NCBI GenBank assembly: GCA_037308085.1
Contig: CP147779.1
Coordinates: 2,080,001 to 2,144,000 of the forward strand
Direction of reading: 5' to 3'
Length of the DNA stretch: 64,000 bases
Source of the DNA: Promethearchaeati archaeon SRVP18_Atabeyarchaeia-1
Lineage (GTDB): Archaea > Asgardarchaeota > Atabeyarchaeia > Atabeyarchaeales > Atabeyarchaeaceae
The notes beneath the pieces are model-generated. The model saw only the letters and a program-made list of their open reading frames with translations, was not told the origin of the DNA and did not search any database. The translations under genes were made by a program, and so were the position numbers. Positions 39,115 through 48,544 of this stretch are shown here, in pieces (the first letter of the stretch is position 1; the number at the start of each line of letters is the position of its first letter).

Positions 39115-41676
39115 ATGAGTTCGAAAAATGTTGGTGGCACCTGCTATTTTCTGGGTCATAGTCACATTGATGCCGCGTGGCTTTGGACCTTCCCGGATAC
39201 GATGAATGTTATTCATGATACCTTTGAAACTGTCCTCGCCCTCATGGACAAGTATGCTGGGTTCATCTTCTGCCAGAGTAGCGCCCAGTACTACAAGTGG
39301 CTGGAGGAGAAGCACCCAGAAACCTTCGACAAAGTCAGGAAGAGGGTGAAGGATGGTCGCTGGGAAATCGTCGGGGGCTCGTGGGTGGAGCCAGATGGAA
39401 ACCTTCCTTCAGGAGAATCGTATGTGAGGCAGTATCTCTATGGAAAACGGTACTTCAAGGAGAAGTTTGGTGTCGAAGTCAAAGTTGCATGGATGCCTGA
39501 CTCATTCGGATATGCTTGGACCCTACCCCAGATAATGAAGAAGGCTGGAATGCTTTACTTCCTTACCCAAAAAATGAGTTGGAACGACACAACAGTTTTC
39601 CCCCACCACTTCTTCAAGTGGGTGGCCCCCGACGGCTCCTGGCTCTACGCTCACCAGAATGTGGGCTCATATAGTGAGACCGTTGCTGAGCAGGACATGG
39701 TCAGGCAGATGAAGGATTTGCGGTCTAGTCAGCAACTGGACGATCTGTTGGTCCTCTTCGGGGTTGGAGATCATGGAGGAGGAGTCACAGAAGATATGAT
39801 CAAGAATGCGACAGAATTCGTCGATGGGAAGAAGCAACTGAAAGGTGTCTTCACAACGGCTCACGATTTCTTCAACACGATAATCAAGAAAACTCAGGGG
39901 AAGATCCCAGAACTCAACGACGAGATGTATCTCGAATTCCATCGTGGGACTTACACGACGCAGTCAAGGACAAAGAAGAACAATAGAAGGGCTGAATGCC
40001 TCCTAGAAACTGCTGAGAAATTCTCAACTCTTGCAACGATGTATGGTTATAGGTATCCAATCGCGGAATTCAGAGACTGTTGGGAGAAGCTTCTGCTGAA
40101 CCAGTTCCATGATGTCCTGCCTGGGTCGGCAATATCGGATGTCTATAGGGATTCCGAAGAGTACTTCAAATCAATCTTCGGGACGCTGGACTCGGTAACC
40201 TCAAGATCTCTGAAGGCGATTGCATCCAAGATTGACACATCTGGGGAAGGCAGATCGCTACTTGTATTCAATCCTCTGTCGTGGGAGAGAACTGATGTGG
40301 CCGAGTTTTCTCTGAAGGATACCGGGGACATATCCGAGATCTACGACGAAAACGGGCAGTTGATCCCATCGCAAATAATCGAGGAGGAAAGAAAGCTCAT
40401 TTTCGTAGCAAAAGGCGTGCCATCGATTGGCTACAAGGAGTACAAGGCCAAACGTACGGGTCAAGTGAGGAAGAAGCTAACGACCGACATATCCGCAAAG
40501 GAGACAGACAGAGAAATCAAAATGGAGAACGATTTCCTTATACTCAAGATTGACAAGGAGACCGGACTAATAAGCAGCGTTTTTGACAAGACGACGCAGA
40601 AGGAAATCGTTCGAGGTGAAGCAAACCTAGTCCAGATCTTCGACGACACCCCTGTTAGTGGAAGAACCAGCGTTGCCTACCCTATCGATGCATCGATGTT
40701 CGACGCTTGGGAAACCTTCATCCACCAACAAAAGGGCGGATCAAAGTGTACCGAATTGAGCCATCCAGTCATAGTAAGACTGGCAGAGAATGGACCAGTG
40801 AGAGCGCGGATCCAGGCTAAACACCAGTACAGCCAACAAGGCAGACAGGACTCGGCATTTGTCCAGGAGATAATTCTACATCATGGGATTCCGTTGGTGC
40901 AGTTCAAGATAAGCGTAGACTGGCACGCGGAGCACAGACTCGCGAAGGTAGCTTTCCCGCTGAGTATCCGCAGCGATCATACGACCTACGAAATCCCCTA
41001 CGGTTTCATTACCCGCCTCGACCCCACCTCACCCAAAGCAACGAAAGCTGAAAAAGCCAAGTACGAGGCCTCAGGTCAGAAATGGATCGACCACACTAGC
41101 GAAGATAACAGCTACGGCGTCAGTCTCCTCAACGACTGCAAATATGGCTTCGATGTGGCCAGTGACGTGATCAGAATGACGCTCCTAAGAAGCGCCTCCT
41201 ATCCCTTTGGATTGCGCCGGCTCTTCGGTCTTCCAGTAGATGATGCCACGCTATCGCAGCTAACCGACCAGGGAGCACATACGGTCTCATACGCACTCTA
41301 CCCACATGGATCGAGCTTCAAGGAAGCTCTGACAGCCAGAAAGGCCTATGAATTCAACTACCCACTGGTTGCCGTTCCGGAGCCAAGCCACAAAGGGGAT
41401 CTGCCTAAATCACACTCCTTCATCACAGCTGAACCAGACAACGTAATTATCACGGTCTTCAAGAAGGCAGAAGACTCAGAAAACACAATCCTAAGATGCT
41501 ACGAAACCAATGGAAAAAATGCGAAACTCACCATACGGACGCCCGAAGCATTCAAGAAGGCCTCCGAGACCGACCTCATGGAAAACCAAACATCCACCCC
41601 CGTCGCCAATGAGAAAATAGTCAACCTACCGATATCCAAGCACGAGATAAAGACACTAGAGCTCAGCAAGAGCTAG
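39115..41676 (+). CDS. GH38 alpha-mannosidase (cytosolic class)
   Basis: HSHIDAAWLW, WMPDSFG nucleophile, GVGDHGGG, HRGTYTTQ, NQFHDVLPGS; no signal peptide. Confidence 0.93.
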   Translation: MSSKNVGGTCYFLGHSHIDAAWLWTFPDTMNVIHDTFETVLALMDKYAGFIFCQSSAQYYKWLEEKHPETFDKVRKRVKDGRWEIVGGSWVEPDGNLPSGESYVRQYLYGKRYFKEKFGVEVKVAWMPDSFGYAWTLPQIMKKAGMLYFLTQKMSWNDTTVFPHHFFKWVAPDGSWLYAHQNVGSYSETVAEQDMVRQMKDLRSSQQLDDLLVLFGVGDHGGGVTEDMIKNATEFVDGKKQLKGVFTTAHDFFNTIIKKTQGKIPELNDEMYLEFHRGTYTTQSRTKKNNRRAECLLETAEKFSTLATMYGYRYPIAEFRDCWEKLLLNQFHDVLPGSAISDVYRDSEEYFKSIFGTLDSVTSRSLKAIASKIDTSGEGRSLLVFNPLSWERTDVAEFSLKDTGDISEIYDENGQLIPSQIIEEERKLIFVAKGVPSIGYKEYKAKRTGQVRKKLTTDISAKETDREIKMENDFLILKIDKETGLISSVFDKTTQKEIVRGEANLVQIFDDTPVSGRTSVAYPIDASMFDAWETFIHQQKGGSKCTELSHPVIVRLAENGPVRARIQAKHQYSQQGRQDSAFVQEIILHHGIPLVQFKISVDWHAEHRLAKVAFPLSIRSDHTTYEIPYGFITRLDPTSPKATKAEKAKYEASGQKWIDHTSEDNSYGVSLLNDCKYGFDVASDVIRMTLLRSASYPFGLRRLFGLPVDDATLSQLTDQGAHTVSYALYPHGSSFKEALTARKAYEFNYPLVAVPEPSHKGDLPKSHSFITAEPDNVIITVFKKAEDSENTILRCYETNGKNAKLTIRTPEAFKKASETDLMENQTSTPVANEKIVNLPISKHEIKTLELSKS

Positions 41677-41887
41677 CATATGGCGATAATTCCACTTTTG
41701 ACCTGACCTTCTGCGAGTATCGCATGCGAATACTCAGCCTTTTAAGACTATAGCGCGTCCTAGCATCCGAGCTTCACGTAAGGAATGTGGATGGTCGGGT
41801 TTCCAAGAAAAGATACAGCAACCGCCTCGCAGGGAAAACCTGACTTACACTCTCGGTGACCGAGGCAAACTGGAGGATCAGTGCACG

Positions 41888-42274
41888 ATGAGTGAAAAAA
41901 AGAGTCTAAAAAAAGAACTGGAAACCGTTTTGAAAGACATGGAGCAGGCAATTGGAGACGTCGAAGGAGCGGCGGTCGTAAGAACCGATGGCTTGATCGT
42001 AGCTTTCGCAATGCCTAGAGAAACAGACGAATCCCTTGTCGCCGCAATGTCAGCTGCCCTCCTGAACATTGGCTCCAGAACTGTCAAGGAGCTGGCCCGA
42101 GGGGACCTCGAAAAAGTCATAGTTAGCGGAACCAAGGGCGACGTCGTACTCATGGGAGCTGGCCAGGACGCAGTACTGTCTGGCATTACGAAGCAGAGCG
42201 CAAATATCGGTCTCGTGCTGGTAGAGATGAAGAGAACCAGCGCAAAACTAGGACAGCTAATGAGAGGAAGTTAG
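41888..42274 (+). CDS. Roadblock/LC7 (MglB-like) protein
   Basis: VEGAAVVRTDGLIV, VAAMSAALL, ELARGDLE, ANIGLVLVEMKR. Confidence 0.92.
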   Translation: MSEKKSLKKELETVLKDMEQAIGDVEGAAVVRTDGLIVAFAMPRETDESLVAAMSAALLNIGSRTVKELARGDLEKVIVSGTKGDVVLMGAGQDAVLSGITKQSANIGLVLVEMKRTSAKLGQLMRGS

Positions 42275-42327
42275 ACTGTAACTCGACCTTCCTAAGCGTC
42301 CTTCCCTATTTTTGTATTTAACCGGCA

Positions 42328-42606
42328 TCATCCATATTCCCAGACGACCCCCGTCCCCCCGTCTGGATAGGAGAAGTCGATGGCGTCAGACCTACAGACG
42401 ACCCAGCAACTTCCACACTCAACGCACTTCTTGCGATAATCCGGCGACAAGACTGCCTTGCCTTTTCTCAGTCCCCATATGTTCATGGGGCAGACCTTGA
42501 CGCATCTTGCGCACCCTGTGCATCGAGACTCACTGTAAGCTATGAATTCTCCTGTCTCCCCTACTCTTCTGACAAGCTTTCTAAGGTCAACTTCTTTTGT
42601 AACCAT
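42328..42606 (-). CDS. 4Fe-4S ferredoxin (FixX-like)
   Basis: CTGCARCVKVCP, CVECGSCWVVC, YPDGGTGV.WEYG. Confidence 0.88.
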   Translation of the reverse strand: MVTKEVDLRKLVRRVGETGEFIAYSESRCTGCARCVKVCPMNIWGLRKGKAVLSPDYRKKCVECGSCWVVCRSDAIDFSYPDGGTGVVWEYG

Positions 42607-42609
42607 GGT

Positions 42610-44004
42610 TCATACCTCGAATGATGGTGTTACGCCTCTTCTCTTTCTAGTTCTTAGCCACTGTGCCCCCAACTTCACCAGTGTCCTCATCATGGGGACT
42701 TTGGCCTTGTGCAGCAAGGGGAACAAGAAGCTCTTGGTGAATTCCAGGATGAACGGCAGATCCTTGGAGTACTGACGTAGTTCGTCCTTGAGATTCTCTA
42801 TGTGTGGATTCGACCAGCTGGCCCAGAACATCAGGTTATTTGCCATCGGGGTGATCTTCCTCCATTGGGGTGGATCGAAGAAGATCCCAGCCCACAGGTC
42901 AGCCCATTCTCTTGCGGCCGAGAACTCTTCTCCAATAGTGGAATTCTTCCATCTATTCTCGTAGGTGCTAAGGCTCTCGCTCGACGTGTCCCCTCGAGAG
43001 ATGGCTTCCGCAGCGCATTCCGCAGCGATCTTTCCCGATAGCATGGCATAGTGTACTCCCTCAGCTTCAAGCGGGCATGGAAAACCCGCTGCATCGCCGA
43101 TCAGCATTATCCCGTTTCCGGAGGTATTGGTCGGCATTCTCGGCATCCACGGGAGAAGATGGGAATGGAATTCACGAGGCTTCGCTTGGAGTCTACTTAG
43201 GAACCCCTGTAATGGCTTGGAGCGAATGACCCGCCTCAGATATTCGTATGGCCTCGAAGCGGACTTTGAGGTGAGTTTCCCGAGCCACTGCCCAAAGCCT
43301 ACGTGCAGCCCTCCTGGCATCATGGCAACATAGGTGGCGGGGTAAAGCGGTGAAACATATACGTGGTTACCGTACTCCTCTGGACCAACTACCTCATCGA
43401 TTCTATGCATCGGCGCCTCAAAGTCACAGTCAACGACCAGTGTTATCTCGTCAGGTGCCCACTTTTTCCGCAGACCAGCCTTGTTGGCGACGAGCGATAT
43501 CGCTCCATCTGCAGCAATAGTTATGGAGCCCTCTATTCTTTCACCTTTGTCCGTAACAACTCCAGTTACCTTTCCACCAGGATCCTTGATGACGTCCTTG
43601 ACTAGTGTCGAGGTTCTTAGTTCGGCGCCTGCATCAGTCGCCAGCCCAGCGAGGAACTGGTCCAAGTCACGTCTATAGACGTTCAGCTGGAAGAAGTCTC
43701 TTGCCTCAGGATACCGGGCCAGATCGCTGGGCGACCAGCGCATCGTGAACCTCTCATCCAGGTTATCGTCCAGCATGTGAAGAGACTGGTACCTGATCTT
43801 TAGGCTAGGTATCCTCATTTCTCTGATGAATTTGAAGTCTCTCCAAACCCTTGGAGCGAGTCCGCACCCAGACGAGGCTTTCTCGCCTGGTCTCCTCCCA
43901 CGCTCGATCAGAACCGTCTTTAATCCGCTCTCACATGCGGTCTTAGCGGCCAATGATCCGCCTGGGCCTGCACCTACTACGATGAGGTCATATTTCTTAA
44001 CCAT
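42610..44004 (-). CDS. FAD-dependent oxidoreductase, FixC/geranylgeranyl-reductase family
   Basis: VGAGPGG, RRDLDQFLA, IAADG, IGDAAG..CPLEAEGVHYAMLSG. Confidence 0.85.
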   Translation of the reverse strand: MVKKYDLIVVGAGPGGSLAAKTACESGLKTVLIERGRRPGEKASSGCGLAPRVWRDFKFIREMRIPSLKIRYQSLHMLDDNLDERFTMRWSPSDLARYPEARDFFQLNVYRRDLDQFLAGLATDAGAELRTSTLVKDVIKDPGGKVTGVVTDKGERIEGSITIAADGAISLVANKAGLRKKWAPDEITLVVDCDFEAPMHRIDEVVGPEEYGNHVYVSPLYPATYVAMMPGGLHVGFGQWLGKLTSKSASRPYEYLRRVIRSKPLQGFLSRLQAKPREFHSHLLPWMPRMPTNTSGNGIMLIGDAAGFPCPLEAEGVHYAMLSGKIAAECAAEAISRGDTSSESLSTYENRWKNSTIGEEFSAAREWADLWAGIFFDPPQWRKITPMANNLMFWASWSNPHIENLKDELRQYSKDLPFILEFTKSFLFPLLHKAKVPMMRTLVKLGAQWLRTRKRRGVTPSFEV

Positions 44005-44327
44005 TTGCTTTCCCCCGCCTCAGCTCACGGCAAACGTCTTCAATGGTCATGGTGGGTTCGCGCCCTTGGGACCTACGTGACGATAGGGAATCGAGTCGCG
44101 ACCTCGACATTGCCCTAAGAAGAAGTGCACGTGTTAATAAAGCAGTATTATTCGTCCGAGGCTAGGTGCCTGGGGTAATGCTCATCATTGAACTCAAGTA
44201 AGAGACAACTCAAGTCTTTTCGTAGAACTATTGCTCTTCAACTATCATGGAATGAGAGATCGCCACCCAGTGGTACGCCGATGCAGAGAAGCTCAGTCAG
44301 ATAGGAACGCGAATGCGGACAGAGGAA

Positions 44328-44470
44328 GTCAGCTACCCACCCCTGAAAGGCGTGGGGTTCCCCACAGTAAGCGCCGTGAAGCATTAAGGTGGAAATCTCC
44401 AAGGGGGGAATCATGCCCTGAGTCCTTGCTGGCAGAGCTATTCCCAGGCGTCTTTAGACCGTAATCACAG
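44328..44470 (-). mobile_element. Orphan IS200/IS605-type right end / omegaRNA-like remnant
   Basis: Minus strand ends GGGAACCCCACGCCTTTCAGGGGTGGGTAGCTGAC (typical subterminal hairpin); further stems GGGAAT/ATTCCC and TGCC/GGCA. Confidence 0.6.
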
Positions 44471-44494
44471 GCAAGTCTTCATCGTTGAGTTCTG

Positions 44495-44523
44495 AAAAAA
44501 GAAGGCTGAGGCTCGAAGAGCCG
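44495..44523 (-). terminator. Hairpin plus T-tract after the gene ending at 44557
   Basis: Minus strand GGCTC-ttc-GAGCC...CTTTTTT. Confidence 0.45.
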
Positions 44524-44556
44524 AATCTTGACGCTCGGCGTCTCCCATCTGCTTTG

Positions 44557-45234
44557 CTACTTTCTGCGCCGCCGGAGTAAGAGCATGATAAGCAAGACAA
44601 CTATGATCGCTGCTTCGCCTAGGATAATAAGGTTAGGCAGTGTGAAGAAGTTCGACGCGCTCCAAGCTGTTGTGGATGTCATGGTGAAGTTAAACCAAGC
44701 AATGAGCCAGAACTCCATCTCTGTTATCAGACCAGTCTCCTGATCCCAGTACCAGTCAACTCTCCAGCCCAAGCCCCAGTAGTTGGTGAGTGCCACATGG
44801 TTCTGAGGTCTGCTTGAACCCGCAACTCCTCTTGTGACCGTGTCGTTGATCGTGATTGCCGCTCCGCTGTAGATCGGGTCGTGAGGTTGCAGGTTCGCTG
44901 CTATCACGTAGTTGATGAGAAGCATCCCGATGAGAACGTCGTCCTGAAGCACTTCCGTGAGATTAACCGAGCCACCCGGATTGTAGAGCGTTCTGTTGAG
45001 TGTGACTATGGATCCTACTACTCCATAGACGTATAGATGCATTTTGTTGACGGCGCTCCACGTCTGGCTATATGTATAATTCGCTGTGGCGCCGAGGTTT
45101 ACTCCGACCTTAGTGTAATCTGCTGCCCTCGCAGGATTCGAGCCAAGAGTCGCCGATAAAACCAGCAGAACAGAGAGCAAAGCAAAGGAACATATTAGCT
45201 TCCTTCTCACAAAGAATCCTCCATCTCTGCCCAC
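44557..45234 (-). CDS. Secreted, C-terminally membrane-anchored protein
   Basis: N-terminal signal peptide, several N-x-T sequons, C-terminal TM plus LRRRRK. Confidence 0.75.
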   Translation of the reverse strand: MGRDGGFFVRRKLICSFALLSVLLVLSATLGSNPARAADYTKVGVNLGATANYTYSQTWSAVNKMHLYVYGVVGSIVTLNRTLYNPGGSVNLTEVLQDDVLIGMLLINYVIAANLQPHDPIYSGAAITINDTVTRGVAGSSRPQNHVALTNYWGLGWRVDWYWDQETGLITEMEFWLIAWFNFTMTSTTAWSASNFFTLPNLIILGEAAIIVVLLIMLLLRRRRK

Positions 45235-45542
45235 AGTATCGCGTTAATTTCACTTAGTGCTGAGGATCCTAATTAGGATTGCTTCCTCCGTCATTCACCA
45301 TGCCGCGGCCGTTCTGAAGCACTGCTAATTTTGAGGCCGTTGGAAAAGGATGGAAGGGCGCTTGAACACTCTCCTCCTTGCCTCCGTGGGTTAGAGGAAG
45401 TTGAGAGGCAGGCAATTTCTCACAGTATCTCCAAAGGATTTAAGCAGGCGCTGGCTCTAAGCGTCCATTCTGGAGTCTCACTGCGGGTCCTGCCACCCCC
45501 AAGGGGGCGTGGGCTTCCTCGCGGCGCTGAGGTGAAGGAGCA

Positions 45543-46115
45543 ATGGTTAAAGTGGAGCGAAAACGCTGTGGATGGGGAACGGCGAATTCCTGGGAGACTA
45601 GATACCATGATGAAGAGTGGGGCGTACCATCACACGACGATAGTAAGCTCTACGAACTTCTCACACTTGAGGGCGCGCAGGCTGGGCTTAGCTGGCTCAC
45701 GATCCTTAAGAAACGGGAAAACTACCGCAAAGCCTTCGCCAACTTCGATCCAGCTAAGGTCGCTGAGTTCAAAGAAGGAGATATCAAGAGGCTTCTCCAA
45801 GACGAAGGAATAGTCCGGAATCGCCTCAAAATAGAATCTGCCTTAGGAAATGCCAGAAAGATCATTGGAATTCAAAGAGGGTACGGGTCCTTTGACAAGT
45901 ATATCTGGCAGTTTATAGGGGGCAAACCCATCAAGAATAGATTCAAGTCGGGCAGAGAGGTCCCTGCAACAAGCATGGAATCGGATGCCATGAGCAAAGA
46001 CCTGAAAAAGCGGGGATTCAGATTCGTCGGTTCCACAATTTGTTACTCTTTCATGCAGGCTGTTGGAATGGTGAACGACCATCTAGTAGACTGTTTTCGA
46101 TACGATGAAGTATAG
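45543..46115 (+). CDS. tag: DNA-3-methyladenine glycosylase I
   Basis: RCGW, YHDEEWG, LEGAQAGLSW, IVRNRLKI, GMVNDH..C. Confidence 0.95.
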   Translation: MVKVERKRCGWGTANSWETRYHDEEWGVPSHDDSKLYELLTLEGAQAGLSWLTILKKRENYRKAFANFDPAKVAEFKEGDIKRLLQDEGIVRNRLKIESALGNARKIIGIQRGYGSFDKYIWQFIGGKPIKNRFKSGREVPATSMESDAMSKDLKKRGFRFVGSTICYSFMQAVGMVNDHLVDCFRYDEV

Positions 46116-46347
46116 AGCACACTCAGGTTGGCGAGCTACGGAAATGCAGGCCGTGTCATACAGTACCGGCCGCAGCTCGGGTGAAGACAAATCGCTGATA
46201 TTCCAAGATAGGGAAGGAGCGCCGACTTGAGACCTAACCTCACAGAATAGGTCGGATGAGCTTGCTTTTCCCTAGGCAACTCTACAGTCGTCCTTCTCAG
46301 TTCGTCGTGTGTGTCTTCTCGTTGAGTAGATGGAACCAAAGCTTTTT

Positions 46348-46791
46348 TCAGCGGGGCTTTTTGGCGATGTCGATTTCAAAGAGCCTGCGTTCTGGCGCGG
46401 ATGCGATCACTTCAGCCAGGGCCTCGTTACGCGTCCCTTTTGATATTCCCTCTGTCACTTCTTTAACTACTTCGGGGTTGACAGTTATGGTTACGGCGTT
46501 TTCTGAGGATGCCGTCACGAATCTCGCAGCTATTCTTCGCCGCGATTCCTTCACTTTCAATCTCTGGTTTCCAATGGTACACTGCGTAGTCAATTGTATG
46601 CCGTCAAGGGTGCATGAGAACGGCGTCCGAAGGTGCACTTGGACATACGCAAGCAGCTCCATGTCTGGCTGATTTCCAGGGTTCAGGAGCTGCTTGGCGG
46701 CTCTTCCCATCCTGACGCCGATAACGAGAAACGGCCCCAAATGGCCGTGCAGCTCCACAGCGTCTTCAATTTGCGATTCTAGTTCCTTCAT
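46348..46791 (-). CDS. FmdE-family protein
   Basis: LHGHLGP...GVRMG, SCTLDGIQ.TT.CTIGN. Confidence 0.85.
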   Translation of the reverse strand: MKELESQIEDAVELHGHLGPFLVIGVRMGRAAKQLLNPGNQPDMELLAYVQVHLRTPFSCTLDGIQLTTQCTIGNQRLKVKESRRRIAARFVTASSENAVTITVNPEVVKEVTEGISKGTRNEALAEVIASAPERRLFEIDIAKKPR

Positions 46792-46795
46792 CTCT

Positions 46796-47335
46796 TCAGT
46801 CACCCTTGATCTTTCTAACGTCTGCCCTCTCAAGCAACCCTATGACAGGAAACGTTATGACAATTGCAATAGCCCCTCCCACCGCATGCCACACTCCCCA
46901 GAATACCAGGGCCAATTCCAGCCCCATCCCCATGAAGAAAAGGCCGATGACTACACCGGCAACGTAGGCTGATAGTAGGACCGCAATGGCGGTTATAGTC
47001 AAGCTGAACACAGAGAGGCGGATTCTGTGATGGTTTGCAATCAGCACGAGATCAAAGATTATTGCCGCAGGTAGGAAACCGATCATAAGAGTCATGCCAG
47101 ATATGAGCATGGCGAGCGTTGAGCCTATGATTCCCGTCATTGAGCTAGTGCCGAATCGCCCCGTTATCCATGCTACCAGCAGAAGTGTGAAGAAAACCCC
47201 GAAATCGTGAATTATCGGGAGGCCGGTCAGCATGAAACTCAGGGGTCCAAGCGTCAGGTTTAGGATCACCCAGATGGCGCAGAAGATTCCTGTTAGCGCG
47301 ATATCCTTTGTAGTGAGATAGGGATCGTCACCCAT
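46796..47335 (-). CDS. ECF-transporter S-component-like membrane protein
   Basis: TTKDIALTGIFCAI N-terminus and 5-6 TM helices; GGTGA SD. Confidence 0.65.
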   Translation of the reverse strand: MGDDPYLTTKDIALTGIFCAIWVILNLTLGPLSFMLTGLPIIHDFGVFFTLLLVAWITGRFGTSSMTGIIGSTLAMLISGMTLMIGFLPAAIIFDLVLIANHHRIRLSVFSLTITAIAVLLSAYVAGVVIGLFFMGMGLELALVFWGVWHAVGGAIAIVITFPVIGLLERADVRKIKGD

Positions 47336-47412
47336 TCTTTCACCTCAGGAACGTTCTCTTTGGCAAGTGGTTACAGGTGATCCCGCGCTTCTTGGTAATA
47401 AATTTTTGCCAC

Positions 47413-47455
47413 ATAGTAATACTAATCGAGCGAATTCTGTCAAAATAGTAGTACT
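47413..47455. promoter_or_regulatory. Direct-repeat candidate operator upstream of the ECF-S/fmdE genes
   Basis: ATAGTAATACT (47413-47423) and ATAGTAGTACT (47445-47455), 32 bp apart, next to a TATA-like box at 47396-47402. Confidence 0.4.
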
Positions 47456-47731
47456 CGCCCTCGCGCACGGCGAGCGCATGCCTTGGACCTTTCGGCGAAG
47501 CGCGAACATCCTACGCGCAACGCGCTCGACTCTGAGCCAGACCGCACTTCGGCGGAGAGGATAAGCGACGAGTTCCAACGAAGTCAAAAAAAAAGTAAGT
47601 GCAGCGCATATGCGGACTATCGAGAGCCGATCTCCAGCATACCCTCAGAGTAAAGGCACGACCCTATATGCCAACAAGAGGCAAGGAATAAGGCCGATTT
47701 GCCCCGGGAAACGGGGAGAGAAACCTAGAAC

Positions 47732-48361
47732 CTACGGCATATACCAGCTTGGGGTTGAGTTGACCTTGTAGAACTGCGTGGCAAAGGTGGCTTTAGCTGA
47801 CGGCGTAAAGACGTTGTAGGGGCATATCGCGTTGCTATTTGAGAGAACACCGAAGTGAACGTGGGCGCCATTACCAAACACAAGTAGATTGCCGACCGTC
47901 TGGTTCGCCACAACGAGTTGACCCAAAACAACCGAAACTGCATCTGCCTCCAGGTTCCCATATGTTTCATTCAAAGCCCAAGATTCGAAGATGATCTCGA
48001 TTGCCCACTGCGAGTTGATCCAGAGCCGGACATTCGTCTGCCAATGTCCGCCCTTGTCATTGAACCACGTCCTGACCTCGTCAACGTAGGCGCTGAAAGG
48101 GCAAACGAAATTCGTCGTTCCATTCACGGAGAAGTCGATGCCGTTGTGATAGTAGGTTGTATTATCTAGGCGGTGAATGTTTCCGAACCCGCCGATCATG
48201 TTGTTATGAGAGAAATCATATAGTGGGAGACCTATGGCTGGAGTCTCTCCAAGAGGTAGGGTACCCGGATGCCTGAATAAGAAGAGCCAAGCCAACCCGC
48301 TGCCGACGCAGAGAAGGGAAACTATCACGGCGCTAGCAGCGATCTTGACCTTCCTAGACAT
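47732..48361 (-). CDS. Membrane-anchored M23/LytM-like metallopeptidase
   Basis: N-terminal TM, HNGID (HxxxD) and HVH (HxH) zinc motifs, GQLVVANQTVG. Confidence 0.7.
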   Translation of the reverse strand: MSRKVKIAASAVIVSLLCVGSGLAWLFLFRHPGTLPLGETPAIGLPLYDFSHNNMIGGFGNIHRLDNTTYYHNGIDFSVNGTTNFVCPFSAYVDEVRTWFNDKGGHWQTNVRLWINSQWAIEIIFESWALNETYGNLEADAVSVVLGQLVVANQTVGNLLVFGNGAHVHFGVLSNSNAICPYNVFTPSAKATFATQFYKVNSTPSWYMP

Positions 48362-48544
48362 ATTGACTCCCCGCATATTCACATAGCGGAGGTTTAGTTG
48401 ACCAACTATTTAACCTTTCCAACATCAACCCAACTTGATCTAGGGAAGTGGCGATCATGCGGATGGCAGCTTAAATACTTCTGTACCGCACTGACTTCTG
48501 CGGAAAACCTGAGATGGTTGCGCAATTGGTGGCTTGGGGTAGCA

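Noticed and set aside
38478-39140. 220-aa minus-strand ORF
   Set aside because: Antisense shadow of the membrane gene and intergenic DNA; no recognisable motifs
45331-45813. 160-aa plus-strand ORF
   Set aside because: Out-of-frame overlap with tag
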